64,000 nt of DNA from Longimicrobiales bacterium. Its GTDB lineage: Bacteria; Gemmatimonadota; Gemmatimonadetes; Longimicrobiales; Gaopeijiaceae. The notes beneath the pieces are model-generated. The model had not been told where the DNA came from, did not search any database, and saw nothing but the letters and a program-made list of their open reading frames with translations. Shown here one piece after another: positions 52,774 through 63,499 of the stretch. The translations under genes and the position numbers were made by a program. The stretch's first letter is position 1, and each line of letters starts with the position of its first letter. The stretch covers positions 1-64,000 of the forward strand of contig CBDCKN010000002.1 in assembly GCA_965218295.1 (NCBI GenBank), written 5' to 3'.

Positions 52774-54229
52774 GATGGTGTCCCGCTGACAGTTGAAGGT
52801 GGTGGCTCCGGAGAGTCTCCTTGTTAGCCTGCCTTTCTCATTTCGGCAACCGGTTCATGGTCGTCGAGGTGGGCCCTGAGCATCCAGAGCTGGTCGTAGC
52901 CGATGATCCTCCGGTAGCTCTTCTCGGTCTCCACGAACGAGGCCGCAGCCCAGCGCAAGGCCATCGCTCCGTTCTTCCAGTTGGTCACCCTGCGGGTCTT
53001 CTGTCTTACGCCCGAGTGGGTGCTGTCGATCAGGTTGGTCGAGCCCAGGCACTTCCTCAGCCGCGGCGGGAGGCCGAGCCGGTTGATCGTGAACATCTCG
53101 CTGAGGCCTTCGCGTAGGCTGGCCGAGGCCGAGGGGTGGTCGCGCTCGAGCCATCGGGCGAGCTGCTCGAGCTTCTGCTCGCCCTGCTTCGCGTCCAGCT
53201 TCATCGCCGCCCGGAACGCCGCCTTCACCTGAGGATGCTGATCCTTCGGCAGATGACCCAGCACGTTGCGGAGCTTGTGGTTGCGGCAGCGCTGGATGGG
53301 GTGACGTTGGCCGAACACCTTCTCGATCGCCTTCCTGAGCGCTTTCGAGCCATCGATCACGAACAGCCGCCGCCTGCCCGGGTCCAGGCCGCGCTCGACC
53401 AGATCCTCTAGGAGCGCGCTGGTCACCTCGGTGTTCTCACTCGCTCCTTCCCTCACGCCCAGCACGTGCTTCTTTCCGTCTGAGTCCACGCCTACCGCAG
53501 CAAGCACGTGGTGCGAGCCCATCTGGATCCCGTCCAGGTAGATCACCAGGAGGTCCCACGCATCCAGCCGGCGCTCCATCAGCTCCTTCAGCACGCGCTC
53601 CGAGGCCTCGACCGTCTCACGGCTCACCGCCGACTTGCTCACCCCGACCGTGTCGGCCATCTCACCGATCACACGGCCGTACTTCCGCGTGCTCACCCCC
53701 GCCATCAGGACCTCGAGCATCCGATCCGCCACGGCGCCCGGTCTCCGCATCGCTGCGTACGCCGGCACCTCGACCTCGCCACCCTCCCCGGCGCCCCGGC
53801 GCCTGAGCCGTGGCCGCTCCACACGCACCTTCCGGTCCGACAGGTAAACCACACCACCCTGCCGGCCATACCACACCGTGTCGTCTTCCGCTCGTGACCG
53901 ACCTGCCTGCTTCACGCCTGCCACACCCTCGGCGCTCATCTCCAGCACCGCTTCGATCGTCGCTCGTCCCATCACCTGGATGACTTCGTCGATCGCGACC
54001 TCCGTCTGCTCCACGAGCTCAAGCATCGGAAGCAGAAACTGCCCCTCCCGCTTCAGGAACTCCCTGATCGCGCGCTTGTCCGCCCGATCCCTTACCTCGT
54101 ACGTTCTCTTCATCGTGGTGGCTCCGTGTTGGGGTTTTTGCCTACCCGAGCCTATCGGCCCGGGACCCCCGGAGCCACCACTTTTCTTTCCCCCTATCAG
54201 GAACCTTCAACTACGGTTGGGACAGCTTC
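52774..54229 (-). mobile_element. IS256-family element B, copy 3 (1456 bp), inverted; 8-bp DR AGTGGCAT
   Basis: DR at 52766-52773 and 54230-54237; slightly divergent from copies 1 and 2. Confidence 0.95.
52824..54113 (-). CDS. IS256-family transposase (element B variant)
   Basis: Two residue differences from the other copies (ENTEVTSALL versus ENAEVTGALL). Confidence 0.95.
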   Translation of the reverse strand: MKRTYEVRDRADKRAIREFLKREGQFLLPMLELVEQTEVAIDEVIQVMGRATIEAVLEMSAEGVAGVKQAGRSRAEDDTVWYGRQGGVVYLSDRKVRVERPRLRRRGAGEGGEVEVPAYAAMRRPGAVADRMLEVLMAGVSTRKYGRVIGEMADTVGVSKSAVSRETVEASERVLKELMERRLDAWDLLVIYLDGIQMGSHHVLAAVGVDSDGKKHVLGVREGASENTEVTSALLEDLVERGLDPGRRRLFVIDGSKALRKAIEKVFGQRHPIQRCRNHKLRNVLGHLPKDQHPQVKAAFRAAMKLDAKQGEQKLEQLARWLERDHPSASASLREGLSEMFTINRLGLPPRLRKCLGSTNLIDSTHSGVRQKTRRVTNWKNGAMALRWAAASFVETEKSYRRIIGYDQLWMLRAHLDDHEPVAEMRKAG

Positions 54230-56095
54230 AGTGGCATTCACTGCCAACGCTGTCACCGAGCACCTGTGGCTTCTCTATCTCGACCTGCCCGAAGATGCGC
54301 CCGTGTTGGAGGGGATACGCCTACCCCTCATCATGCTCTTTTCCCTCAGTGCCTTCACCTTCGTGCCTCTCGGCCAGTTCGTCGGCGTCCGGCTCGAAGC
54401 ATTCCGCGCGCAGAGCTCTGCTCTCTGGGGCTACTCGTTGGACCTGGCGGGCTCTTTGGTTGGCGTGGTGTGCTTCACCGTGGTGTCCTTCTCCGGCCTT
54501 CGGCCAGTGTGGTGGTTCCTTCCCGCACTCGTGGGCGGATTCCTCCTCGTGTTGCGGCAGCCGCGCTCGAGAATCCTCTTCGTGGTGGCATCGGAGGCCG
54601 TTCTTTTCGTTGTGGCCCGCACCACCGGTCCGGAGCGGTACAGCCCTTACTACGCCGTGGCGGACGTCCCGTTCGAAACGAGTCCGGACCATAACATCCT
54701 GGCGAACGGGTCTCTCCATCAGATCGCCATCGACTTCTCCGGAGATTACGTGGGTTTCGAGGATCGGCAGAGAACCGTCCTGGGGTATCGTCTACCCTAC
54801 CGCCGTTTGGGGCGCCCCATAAGGAAGGCGCTGGTATTGGGCGCAGGCACCGGAAACGATGTGGCGGTCCTTCTGGGTGAGGGGGCAAGTGAGATCCATG
54901 CGGTGGAGATCGATCCGGTCATCTTGAGCTTGGGGAGAGAAGTGCACCCGAACCTCCCCTACGCGGATCCCCGAGTGATCGTCCACCAGGTGGACGCGCG
55001 TTCGTTCCTGAACGAGACGACGGAGCGGTTCGATCTGATCGTCTTCGGAACGCTGGACTCCATGACCCGGCTGTCCGCGCTCTCGAATGTGCGCCTCGAC
55101 AACTTCGTGTACACTCGAGAGGCTTTGGCTGCCGCGCGTGACCGGCTCACGGATGACGGCGGTATCGTGATGTACTTCTCGGTGGGCGACGACTACATCT
55201 TCGAACACCTCACGGCGCTTCTCGCCACTACGTTCGGCCGGCTGCCGATCGTTCACCGGGCGTTCTACAACTTGTTCAACGTCATCTACATGGCGGGACC
55301 CGCCTACCAGGACTCCGCCGAGCCCGTCGATCCTGACGCCTGGTATCTGCAGGACGAGGCCCTCACAGGAGACCTCCCCAGCGACGACTGGCCGTACCTG
55401 TACCTCCCCTCACCCGGGGTGAATTCCTTCTACGTCAGCATGATCGGTATCCTGGCTCTCTTGAGTGCTCTCGCGATCTTCGGCGCATCGCGAGGCATGA
55501 GAGCGGGATTACTGCGACGGAGTGGCATCGACGTCGAGATGTTCCTGTACGGCTTCGCCTTCCTCCTGATCGAAACGAAGTTCGTCACTGCGATGAACCT
55601 ACTCTGGGGCGCGACGTGGTTGACCTCGGCCGTGGTCTTCGGTGCGATCCTGATGACCATCCTCCTGGGAACCGTTCTCATGGAGCTGAGGCCCGTTCCA
55701 TGGACCCTGGCGGGAGTCGGACTGGTGGTGGCTCTGCTCATCACCTATGCCATCCCACTTGAAGCATTGCTCCGCACGGATCCGCCCACACGCCTCGCGC
55801 TGTCCGTCCTTTACGTGGCTGCCCCGGTCATCTTCGCGTCGCTTTGTTTCGCGTCGCGCTTCAAGGCACGACCCGCTTCGGACCTGGCCTTCGGCTGGAA
55901 TCTCATGGGCGCCGTGGCCGGCGGCCTGGCCGAGTTCTTCTCGATGGCGTTGGGGTTTCGCGCGATGACCCTGGTGGCGATCACCGCCTATCTGTTGGCT
56001 TTCCTCGTCGCTCGCCGCTCCCCGGGCGGAGCATCGCCCCCTGCGACGGAGTCCCCCGCATACGGATGACGGGCACGGACTCGGCCCCTAATCTC

Positions 56096-56125
56096 CTAGT
56101 GTGGTATTCTGTAACACCACACTAG
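56096..56125. repeat. Collapsed MITE-like palindrome between convergent genes; supplies the ispG stop
   Basis: CTAGTGTGGTATTCTGTAACACCACACTAG. Confidence 0.65.
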
Positions 56126-57339
56126 CCGTAGTGGGTACTCACGTAGTCTTCCAGGATCTCCTTGAACTCGTCGACGAGACCTTCCCCGCGGAGCGTGGAG
56201 TGGTGCTCTCCGTCCACGTATACGGGGGCCTTGGGCTCCTCGAACGTCCCCGGCAACGAGATGCCCAGGTTGGCATGCTTGGACTCGCCTGGACCGTTCA
56301 CCACGCACCCCATGACGGCCACCGTCATCTCTTCGACCCCAGGGAACTCCTCGCGCCACCGGGGCATCTGGTCCTGAATGTACCCGTGGATTTCTTGGGC
56401 CATCTCCTGGAAGAACGTGCTCGTCGTGCGACCACATCCCGGGCACGCCGTCACCTGAGGCTCGAAGCTTCGGATCTGCAGCGACTGTAGGATCTGCCGG
56501 GCAACGCGGACTTCTTCGGCTCGGTCTCCCCCGGGCTCGGGGGTGAGTGAGACACGGATGGTATCTCCGATTCCGTCGATGAGCAGGGGGCCGATCCCCA
56601 CGGCCGTGGCGACGACGCCCTTGGTCCCCAATCCGGCCTCGGTCAGGCCCAGATGGAGGGGGTAATCGCTCCGGGCGGCGAGAAGCCGATACACCTGGAT
56701 CAGGTCCGGAACCTCGGAGACCTTGGCGCTGAGGATGATCATGTCGTGCGCCAGGCCGATCTCCTCTGCCAGCTCGGCGGAGCGCATGGCGCTCTCCACT
56801 ATGGCGTCGATCAGTACTTCCCGTGCGTCCTTCGGCTCGGCGAGCTCGGCGTTCTCGTCCATCATCTTGGTGAGGAGCCGCTGATCGAGGGAGCCCCAGT
56901 TCACGCCGATGCGCACCGGCGTGTCGTTGGCGATGGCGACTTCGATGATCTTCTGGAAGTTCGCGTCTCGGTGCTTAGTCCCCACGTTGCCCGGATTGAT
57001 CCGATACTTGGCGAGAGCCCGGGCGCACGCCGGATGTGCAGTGAGCAGGAGATGCCCGTTGTAGTGGAAGTCCCCGACGATCGGGACGTCGATGCCCTCG
57101 GTCCCAAGGCGGGACGCAATCTCCGGAACCGCTTCGGCTGCACCGTCGTTGTTGACCGTGACGCGCACCAGCTCACTGCCTGCCTCGGCCAGCTCCCTGA
57201 CCTGCGTGAAGGTCGCTTCGACGTCGGCCGTGTCGGTGTTGGTCATGGACTGTACCACGATCGGGTTCATTCCCCCGACGCGCACGCCCCCGACGTCGAC
57301 TTCGACAGATTTCCTACGGTTCCAGCAGCTCACACGCAT
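56122..57339 (-). CDS. ispG: HMB-PP synthase (GcpE)
   Basis: [52 protein letters not shown]. Confidence 0.97.
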   Translation of the reverse strand: MRVSCWNRRKSVEVDVGGVRVGGMNPIVVQSMTNTDTADVEATFTQVRELAEAGSELVRVTVNNDGAAEAVPEIASRLGTEGIDVPIVGDFHYNGHLLLTAHPACARALAKYRINPGNVGTKHRDANFQKIIEVAIANDTPVRIGVNWGSLDQRLLTKMMDENAELAEPKDAREVLIDAIVESAMRSAELAEEIGLAHDMIILSAKVSEVPDLIQVYRLLAARSDYPLHLGLTEAGLGTKGVVATAVGIGPLLIDGIGDTIRVSLTPEPGGDRAEEVRVARQILQSLQIRSFEPQVTACPGCGRTTSTFFQEMAQEIHGYIQDQMPRWREEFPGVEEMTVAVMGCVVNGPGESKHANLGISLPGTFEEPKAPVYVDGEHHSTLRGEGLVDEFKEILEDYVSTHYG

Positions 57340-57532
57340 CCCGCGCTTCAAGAGTGGATGGATGGAGGGAATCTACCGAACGGCTTGGACGGCTCCAAGA
57401 CAAAGCCGGCGGAGGGTTCCCCGCATGCCCCGACAGGTGCTTGCCGCGACGAGAGTGCCAAGGCGCAGGGAACCAGGGCCGGGAACGGGGTACGCGGAGT
57501 TCCCACACCTCCGCCAACTCAGGAGCAAAGCA

Positions 57533-57748
57533 TTGTCCGACCTGCAGATCACCATCCGGGAGAACGGACCCCTACGGATAGATGAAGAGATCCCCCTTGT
57601 CGATCATGAGGGGAACGTGTTGCCTACGCCTGAAGACAAGCCCTACTCCCTGTGTCGTTGCGGCGGCTCGAGCAACAAGCCGTTCTGTGATGGAAGCCAC
57701 AAGACGAACGGCTTCGACGGAACGCTGGCAGGGCCGCAGGACCGATAG
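57533..57748 (+). CDS. CDGSH iron-sulfur domain protein
   Basis: TTG start after AGGAG; LCRCGGSSNKPFCDGSH. Confidence 0.9.
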   Translation: MSDLQITIRENGPLRIDEEIPLVDHEGNVLPTPEDKPYSLCRCGGSSNKPFCDGSHKTNGFDGTLAGPQDR

Positions 57749-57810
57749 GTTCTGATCGACTAGGTTGTGATCGACCTATCCACAGCCCACTTCCGTGGGC
57801 GACCCGGAAA

Positions 57811-58092
57811 CTATCGAATCTGGTACCAGGATCGGATGCCGTGCCCGTCGGGATGTCCGACGTCGGGGAACAGCTTGCCGTTCTCGACCCGGAACCAGGG
57901 GCGGGTGCTTCTGCCGTCGGGATGTCCCTCCGCCGTGTAGACTTTTCCGTCTTTGATGCGGAACCAGGGCTTGAAGTCCACCCTCTTGGGGTGCCCGACA
58001 TCGGGGAACAGCTTGTCGTCCTTTACCCGGAACCACGGTCTTCCGCTTATCCCGATGGGATGGGCGTGGTCCGGATACAGGTGTATGGCCAT
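57811..58092 (-). CDS. 93-aa protein made of four ~23-aa repeats
   Basis: Repeat unit (K)LFPDxGHPxG-x3-PWFRVxDG; GAGG RBS upstream. Confidence 0.75.
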   Translation of the reverse strand: MAIHLYPDHAHPIGISGRPWFRVKDDKLFPDVGHPKRVDFKPWFRIKDGKVYTAEGHPDGRSTRPWFRVENGKLFPDVGHPDGHGIRSWYQIR

Positions 58093-58268
58093 GGCAAAAC
58101 CCTCTCGCCTGGGGACCGAGAAGAAATCGCGGCGTTCGACATTGGGCCGCTCTTTCTCAATCTAATGCGTGACGCCCGAGCCTGCAGCCGCTGGCGGAAA
58201 TGCTTCTCCTAACCCCATGATGGGAGCTTGACTAAGCCCGCCACCGGTCACGGGACGACTGGTGAAAC

Positions 58269-58339
58269 TAGTGTGGTGTCCCAGAAGTTCGCGAGCGCAG
58301 CGAGATCAATGGCCGAGACCCTTCTGGGACACCGCACTA
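58269..58339. mobile_element. MITE-like element (about 70 bp), TA-flanked
   Basis: TAGTGTGGTGTCCCAGAAG...CTTCTGGGACACCGCACTA terminal inverted repeats. Confidence 0.75.
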
Positions 58340-58498
58340 ACAGCGGACGACGTCTGTCTCCCAGCCACCAGGAGCCCCGCCCGTGTGCCATCGAATGATC
58401 GCGGCCTTCCTCTCCCTTGCCGTCCTGGGATGTGGCGGCGGGGACCTGGTGGGCCTCGACGATCTGGCCTTCTGAACCGGTACAAAGGAAGGCCGTAG

Positions 58499-59101
58499 GT
58501 GAAAGAATTTACGGAATCGCGTCTTGCCTTGGGCGCGGGGGAACTCTGGGATCTCGGTACACGCGCGGAGTTCCTGAACGCCGTCGGCGACGGCTCGCTG
58601 CCTGAGGATGCGTTCAACCGCTGGATCGTGCAGGACTACCTGTTCGTGAGAGGGTTTGCCGTCTTTGCGTCCCTGACGGTCGCGAAGACGCCCAGGCCGG
58701 GGCAGAGCGCTTTGATCGCGGGCCTCTCGGCCCTCGACGTCGAGCTCGACTGGTTCGAGGCGCACGCCCAGGCCAGGTCCCTCGATCTGGGCGCCGAGCT
58801 CCACCCAACGTGCCAGCGCTACGTCGACTTTCTGATCACCGCGGGCTACTCCGAGCCGTTCCAGGTGCTGCTGGCACTCTTCTACGGCGTCGAGGTGGCC
58901 TACACGGTCGCGTGGGGTCGTCTTGAGGTCCAGGGGCCGTACGCCGATTTTATCGACCGGTGGAGCCATGAGGACTTTCAAGCCTACGTCCGTGTCCTGT
59001 CGAGGCTCGCCGACGAGCATCCCCATCCCCGTCAGCAGGCGATGTTCAACGAGGTGATGCGCCATGAGCGGGATTTCTGGCGCATGACCTGGGAAGGCTG
59101 A
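58499..59101 (+). CDS. TenA/THI-4 family protein, Cys-less (TenA_E-like)
   Basis: DGSLPEDAFNRWIVQDYLF, FYGVEVAY, HERDFWRM. Confidence 0.85.
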   Translation: MKEFTESRLALGAGELWDLGTRAEFLNAVGDGSLPEDAFNRWIVQDYLFVRGFAVFASLTVAKTPRPGQSALIAGLSALDVELDWFEAHAQARSLDLGAELHPTCQRYVDFLITAGYSEPFQVLLALFYGVEVAYTVAWGRLEVQGPYADFIDRWSHEDFQAYVRVLSRLADEHPHPRQQAMFNEVMRHERDFWRMTWEG

Positions 59102-59108
59102 ACCGATC

Positions 59109-59738
59109 ATGTCGGCCGAGCCGCTCCACCAGACGTTATGGCAGGGAAACCAGGAGCTAGCTGAAGAATGTCTGGCCCATCCGTTCGTCCGTGGCTTGGG
59201 AGATGGCAGCTTGGATCCCGAGGTCTTCAAGCACTATGTGGCCCAGGACGCTTTTTTCCTGCGAGCCTTTTTCAGCGCCTACGCCCTGGGCGCCGTCCGG
59301 GCAGTGGAGAAACCGGAGGTGGTACAGCGGCTCCACGGGCTCATGCGCGGTGTACTGGATGAGCTGAAGCTCCACGAAAGCTACGCTGAGAGTCTGGCAA
59401 TCGATTTGGGGAAGGTCCGACCCCATCCGGCCGCCCGCGCCTATACCGATTTCTTACTTCGGACCGCGTGGACGGCAGAAGTAGGTGAGATCATGGCGGC
59501 GATGACACCCTGCATGCGCCTCTATGCATACTTAGGACAGGAGTTGGCCCTACGGGATCACTCCCAGAATCCCTATCGGGAGTGGATCGAGACCTATTCG
59601 AGCGCGGAGTTCGAGGCGCTGGCCGCCGAGCTCGAGTCGCTGCTCGACCAGCTGGCCGAGGGAACACACAGGGTCTCTCTTGCCTACCGCTACACGATGC
59701 GCTGTGAGCTCGACTTCTTCTCCGCCTCGTTGGCCTAA
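59109..59738 (+). CDS. tenA: TenA family aminopyrimidine aminohydrolase (TenA_C-like)
   Basis: HPFVRGLGDGSL, YVAQDAFFL, MTPCMRLY, YREWIETYS, ELDFF. Confidence 0.88.
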   Translation: MSAEPLHQTLWQGNQELAEECLAHPFVRGLGDGSLDPEVFKHYVAQDAFFLRAFFSAYALGAVRAVEKPEVVQRLHGLMRGVLDELKLHESYAESLAIDLGKVRPHPAARAYTDFLLRTAWTAEVGEIMAAMTPCMRLYAYLGQELALRDHSQNPYREWIETYSSAEFEALAAELESLLDQLAEGTHRVSLAYRYTMRCELDFFSASLA

Positions 59739-59877
59739 GCTGCGCCGTCACCCGCCCCGCGTGTGCATCTCCCGGTGCGGATCTTTGCGCAGATCTTTGA
59801 TCTGATAGAGAGGGCCTCGGGAGCCCAGCGCCTTTCTATCCTCGACCCCATCGGGTCGATCGAGCGCCCCGTCCGAA

Positions 59878-60204
59878 CTAGGGGAAGTTCGGGTTGGGCG
59901 CCATCGAGACGAGTGCCACGAGCTGCACATTGCCGCGGTTCTCCACCCCGTGCGCCTCGTCGGGCGCGGACCAAGCGACGCCGCCGGGCCCGAGGGTGCG
60001 CGTGGCATCGCCGATGGTGAAGGTGCCCTCGCCCTCGATCACGTAGTAGAACTTCGTGGCCCCGGGGTGTGCGTGTACCTTCTGCGCCTGGCCTGGCTCG
60101 AGGCAGTACACATCGCAGAACATTTGCGGTGTCTCGAACAGGTTTACCTTCAGCATCTTATCCGCCGCGAAGCGACGGAAGGCGCTCGTGTCCAGGAATC
60201 CCAT
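59878..60204 (-). CDS. Cupin domain protein
   Basis: HAHPG..FYYVIEGEG and HGVEN motifs. Confidence 0.85.
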   Translation of the reverse strand: MGFLDTSAFRRFAADKMLKVNLFETPQMFCDVYCLEPGQAQKVHAHPGATKFYYVIEGEGTFTIGDATRTLGPGGVAWSAPDEAHGVENRGNVQLVALVSMAPNPNFP

Positions 60205-60339
60205 GCGTGGAGTGTAGCGCCCCGAGGACGCCGCTGCACGGATCCGGGTCCCGTGGGCGTACCTCCGTGCCGCCGACACACGCCGCTCCGTTGGCGAGCA
60301 GCCGGTAGCGGCCGGACCGCAGCGCGTGACCGCTCCGGC

Positions 60340-60830
60340 TCATCGGTTGGCCTCTCTTTCCCCCCTCCGGAGCTCTGGCTCGTCACCGCGCACGAGCCGT
60401 ATGTCGAGCTTGAGGCGAGGCACGTCGTCGACTCCCAGCCACGAACGCGGGTCCTCGTCCGGACGGCGTTCGACGATCTCGCGGCAGCGAGCCGCGTGGG
60501 CGAGCACGGCGTCGACGTCGACACCCAGGTAACATGGCCGGTACCCGGCCAGCTTCCGCTCTGCCTTATCGAGCTGCGCGCCGACGCCGTGTGCGTTGCC
60601 CCGCTGGGCGTGCACGAACGCGCTGGCGTAGAGGATCAAGCCCTGGTAAAAGTCGCTCCCCCCTTCGCGCCATGGGCCCTCGAGCACCTCGTGGCTCTCC
60701 CAGTACTCGCGCGCGTTGAACAGCTCGAGAAAGCGGTGGAGCGGCTGAGGAAGGTCCTGAGGTCAGGGCCGCCGCTCTTCGCTTGAGGGTCCGGGGGCTT
60801 CGGGCCCCTTTTCTTCTCCGGATCTGCCAT
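60340..60830 (-). CDS. DUF309-family protein with one apparent frameshift near 60760
   Basis: LFNAREYWESHEVLEGPW..FYQGLI..H..RGN; the ATG at 60830 is one base out of frame. Confidence 0.7.
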
Positions 60831-60940
60831 GTGGGTCCCAGGTTGGGCGGAGTGTGTGCGGCGGACGGAGCCTTCGAGGTAAGACCTTCCTCTCGGACTA
60901 TGCGGCTATACGTATAATCTAAGTAAAGATATACGTACGC

Positions 60941-62827
60941 TCATGAGGGCAATTCGTCGAAGGTCCTCCCCCCAGGCCCGACCCCGTTATTCTGATCCGG
61001 CCGAACCTCCGTGCGCCGGCCGCGACCGGAGGCAGGGCGGCGACCCAACCCGACGCAGACCGTCAAGGCGGCGACGCTGAGCACCGCCCCCAGCACCGTC
61101 GGCCCCCCACTCGCGAACCAGACGCGGATGCGCGACTCACCCTCCGGTACCGAGACCAGAAGGCGACCGCCGTCCGCGTCCGGTCTCACCCCGACGGAAC
61201 GCGTGCCACTCTCCGTGGCACTCTCGGCTTTCCATCCCGGAAAGTGGTAGGTTCGGAGCGCCACCTCGCAGGGTCCGTCGCTCTCGACCGTGAAGAGGCG
61301 CTCCGCCTGGTCCCAGGCCTCCAGTGAAACGTGGCATCCAGCCGTCAACGGAAGCACCGGAGGCTGATCCGGGAGCGTCGTGGGATCGACCCCGGTGCTC
61401 GGCAAGAAAAAAGACTGACGGGCGTGGAAGGTCCGAGCGAGGGCTGCACCCGAGAGCTCCCCGGAGTGGAATGCTTCGACGACGGGGGTCATCCGCGCAA
61501 TCGAGCCGAATGATACACCGGTGAGTACACCGACGACGACGAGGCCACCGGCGAGCACCAGAACGGCCAAATCGCTTGAGCGGCCCGGAGAGGACCGGGC
61601 GTCGATCCCGCCCGCCACCACGGCCCGTATCGCGACGGCCGTCAGCACGGCCCAGGGAACCGCCACCACTTCCAGAAAACGCCACGGTATGTGGGTCTCG
61701 TGCAGGACCGGCAGTGTCGCCCAGAACACCGTCGACAGTGGGGTCGTCAAGATGAGGGAAAGGACGCCGAACGTAGCCAGCAGTCGGACCCCGCTCGAGG
61801 CGGTGCGCCGTGGGTCCGCGGAGGTTTCGGTCTCCATGACGTCGGGCCCAGCGGAGGCGCCGATCCGTTCGACGGGACCCGATCTCCGTAGGACCCCCAG
61901 AATTGCGAGGCTCATGACGAGTCCACTCGCGGGCAAGAGTGCTGCGTCCTCGAGCGTCCGCCTAAGCCGCGGCATCATAAACGCGTCGCTGTCGAACAGG
62001 AAATTGAGGCTCCACCACTCGCCACTCACGGTCTGGGGTATGAACATCTGGGGAAGATGTACAAGCATCGGCAGCAGGTAGACCCCAGCGACCGCAGCGC
62101 CGAGCGCGCCGGCCACGACGATCTGGAGGGAGCCACTCAACTCCGCACGCAACGCGCTCCGAATCACCACCCAAGCCGCCACGAGATAAGTTGCCATCAC
62201 CACGTACGGGAGATTTGTGAGAGCCAGCAATCCATAGGCGAGGGCGAAGAACGATACGGCACGCGCCCTCTCCCAGGGTGGGGCCACCTCCAACCGGTGA
62301 AGCGCAACCAATACCCACGCGGCCAGACCGCCGCCTGCCAGGCACGAAAACAGTCCGGACGAGTAGAGCTCGAAGGCCCTGAAGGGCGTAATGAGCCAAA
62401 GACCGACCGCGAGCCATGCGTAGCGGCCCGCCTGGAGCGCCCGGGCCAAGGTGTAGACCCCACACGCACCGAGGAACGAGAAGACCCCCAAGGCCACCGT
62501 CAGTCCCGCTATCAATCGCCCGCCTGCAATCCACGAGAAAAAAGCGGTCAGCGCAGATAAGGCGGGCGGGTAGAAATAGCCCGTCGGCCCACCCCACCCC
62601 AGGTTGAAGTCGCCATACCACCGGGGGTACCAATGCCCCTCCGCAACGCCACGGGCGAACTGTCCCGCCATCGCGAGGTGGAGCGAGAGGTCGGTCGCAG
62701 CAGGGAGCCGGACCCGGAAATAGAGGACAGGCAGGGCGGCCAATGCCCCTAAGACCAAGGTCGCCCGCCACGAGGGGAGCGTCGGCCTGGCCTGGTCGAA
62801 AGTGGTATCCGGCGGCCGAACCGTCAC
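60941..62827 (-). CDS. Multi-pass membrane protein, PTPS-related / GT-C-like glycosyltransferase family
   Basis: DLSLH..GHWYPRW..N.GWGGP...FYPP, IPWRFL, YHFPGWKA. Confidence 0.78.
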   Translation of the reverse strand: MTVRPPDTTFDQARPTLPSWRATLVLGALAALPVLYFRVRLPAATDLSLHLAMAGQFARGVAEGHWYPRWYGDFNLGWGGPTGYFYPPALSALTAFFSWIAGGRLIAGLTVALGVFSFLGACGVYTLARALQAGRYAWLAVGLWLITPFRAFELYSSGLFSCLAGGGLAAWVLVALHRLEVAPPWERARAVSFFALAYGLLALTNLPYVVMATYLVAAWVVIRSALRAELSGSLQIVVAGALGAAVAGVYLLPMLVHLPQMFIPQTVSGEWWSLNFLFDSDAFMMPRLRRTLEDAALLPASGLVMSLAILGVLRRSGPVERIGASAGPDVMETETSADPRRTASSGVRLLATFGVLSLILTTPLSTVFWATLPVLHETHIPWRFLEVVAVPWAVLTAVAIRAVVAGGIDARSSPGRSSDLAVLVLAGGLVVVGVLTGVSFGSIARMTPVVEAFHSGELSGAALARTFHARQSFFLPSTGVDPTTLPDQPPVLPLTAGCHVSLEAWDQAERLFTVESDGPCEVALRTYHFPGWKAESATESGTRSVGVRPDADGGRLLVSVPEGESRIRVWFASGGPTVLGAVLSVAALTVCVGLGRRPASGRGRRTEVRPDQNNGVGPGGRTFDELPS

Positions 62828-63146
62828 CTACGCCGCCGGTTCAGGGAGTTCCGAAGACCGGACGGGCGCCCAAAGGGGCCGGACGATACCGGCTCCGAGG
62901 CTGCGAGGCGAATCGCCCGTGACGTCATGCTGAATCCTTCGAGGCCATGGAGCGAGAGGACTACCTGCGCTGCGGCAGTTATGCGATGCACACCCGGTTC
63001 CGTCCGGTTCCCTTTGCATGGGCGAGATGCTCTTCGGCGGGCGCCCCATCGGGCCTACTCTCAAGCTAAATCAATCTACCACTTGGTATCGATACTCTAG
63101 TAACTCGTTGTAGGAACAGAAGCGACGCGGTGGAACTCGCAGGGGG

Positions 63147-63455
63147 ATGACGATGAGGACAAAGCGAGCTGTATGGGGACTGTTTCTCGTGCTGGGGCTG
63201 AGCGCCTGTCGAACGCCGTTCGACCCGAACACCGACGATGATCAGATCGATATCCAGGGCTCCGGCCACGTCACGACCGAGGTCCGGAATGTCACGGGCA
63301 TCAACGCGATTAGCGTGACGGGCGGTCAGTGGGTCGTGCTGGAGCAGACCGACACCGAAGGCGTGCAGGTCGAAGCCGAGGACAACCTGCTGCGCTACAT
63401 CGAGACCGAGGTCGACGACGGCGTCCTACTGGTGCAATCGCTGCTGTCGCGGTAA
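63147..63455 (+). pseudogene. DUF2807/GIN-domain lipoprotein, truncated
   Basis: Lipobox LSAC; IQGSGHVTTEVRNV..VEAEDNLLRYIETEV.DG.L; ends after about 100 aa next to IS110 sequence. Confidence 0.7.
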
Positions 63456-63499
63456 GCATGAGGCTCGCGCGCTTCGCTTGCGGTCACCACATTAGCCGT

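Larger units (their letters stand above)
52506..56069 (+). pseudogene. Multi-TM spermidine-synthase-like SAM-dependent enzyme, split by an IS256 element
   Basis: FQELALIRW..YFPNLILLSAFLGLG before the IS; ALVLGAGTGNDVA, AVEIDP and SDDWPYLYL after it; the frame rejoins at the DR. Confidence 0.85.

Noticed and set aside
58200..58498. TPP riboswitch upstream of the tenA genes
   Set aside because: No CTGAGA or GAACCTGAT..TAAT..GCGxAGGGA core; the structure there is the MITE-like repeat.
60905..60940. AT-rich TATACGTATA palindrome with TATAAT
   Set aside because: No matching -35 or sense gene identified; too short to support a call.
62828..63064. 78-aa ORF upstream of the GT-C-like gene
   Set aside because: No recognisable motif or RBS.
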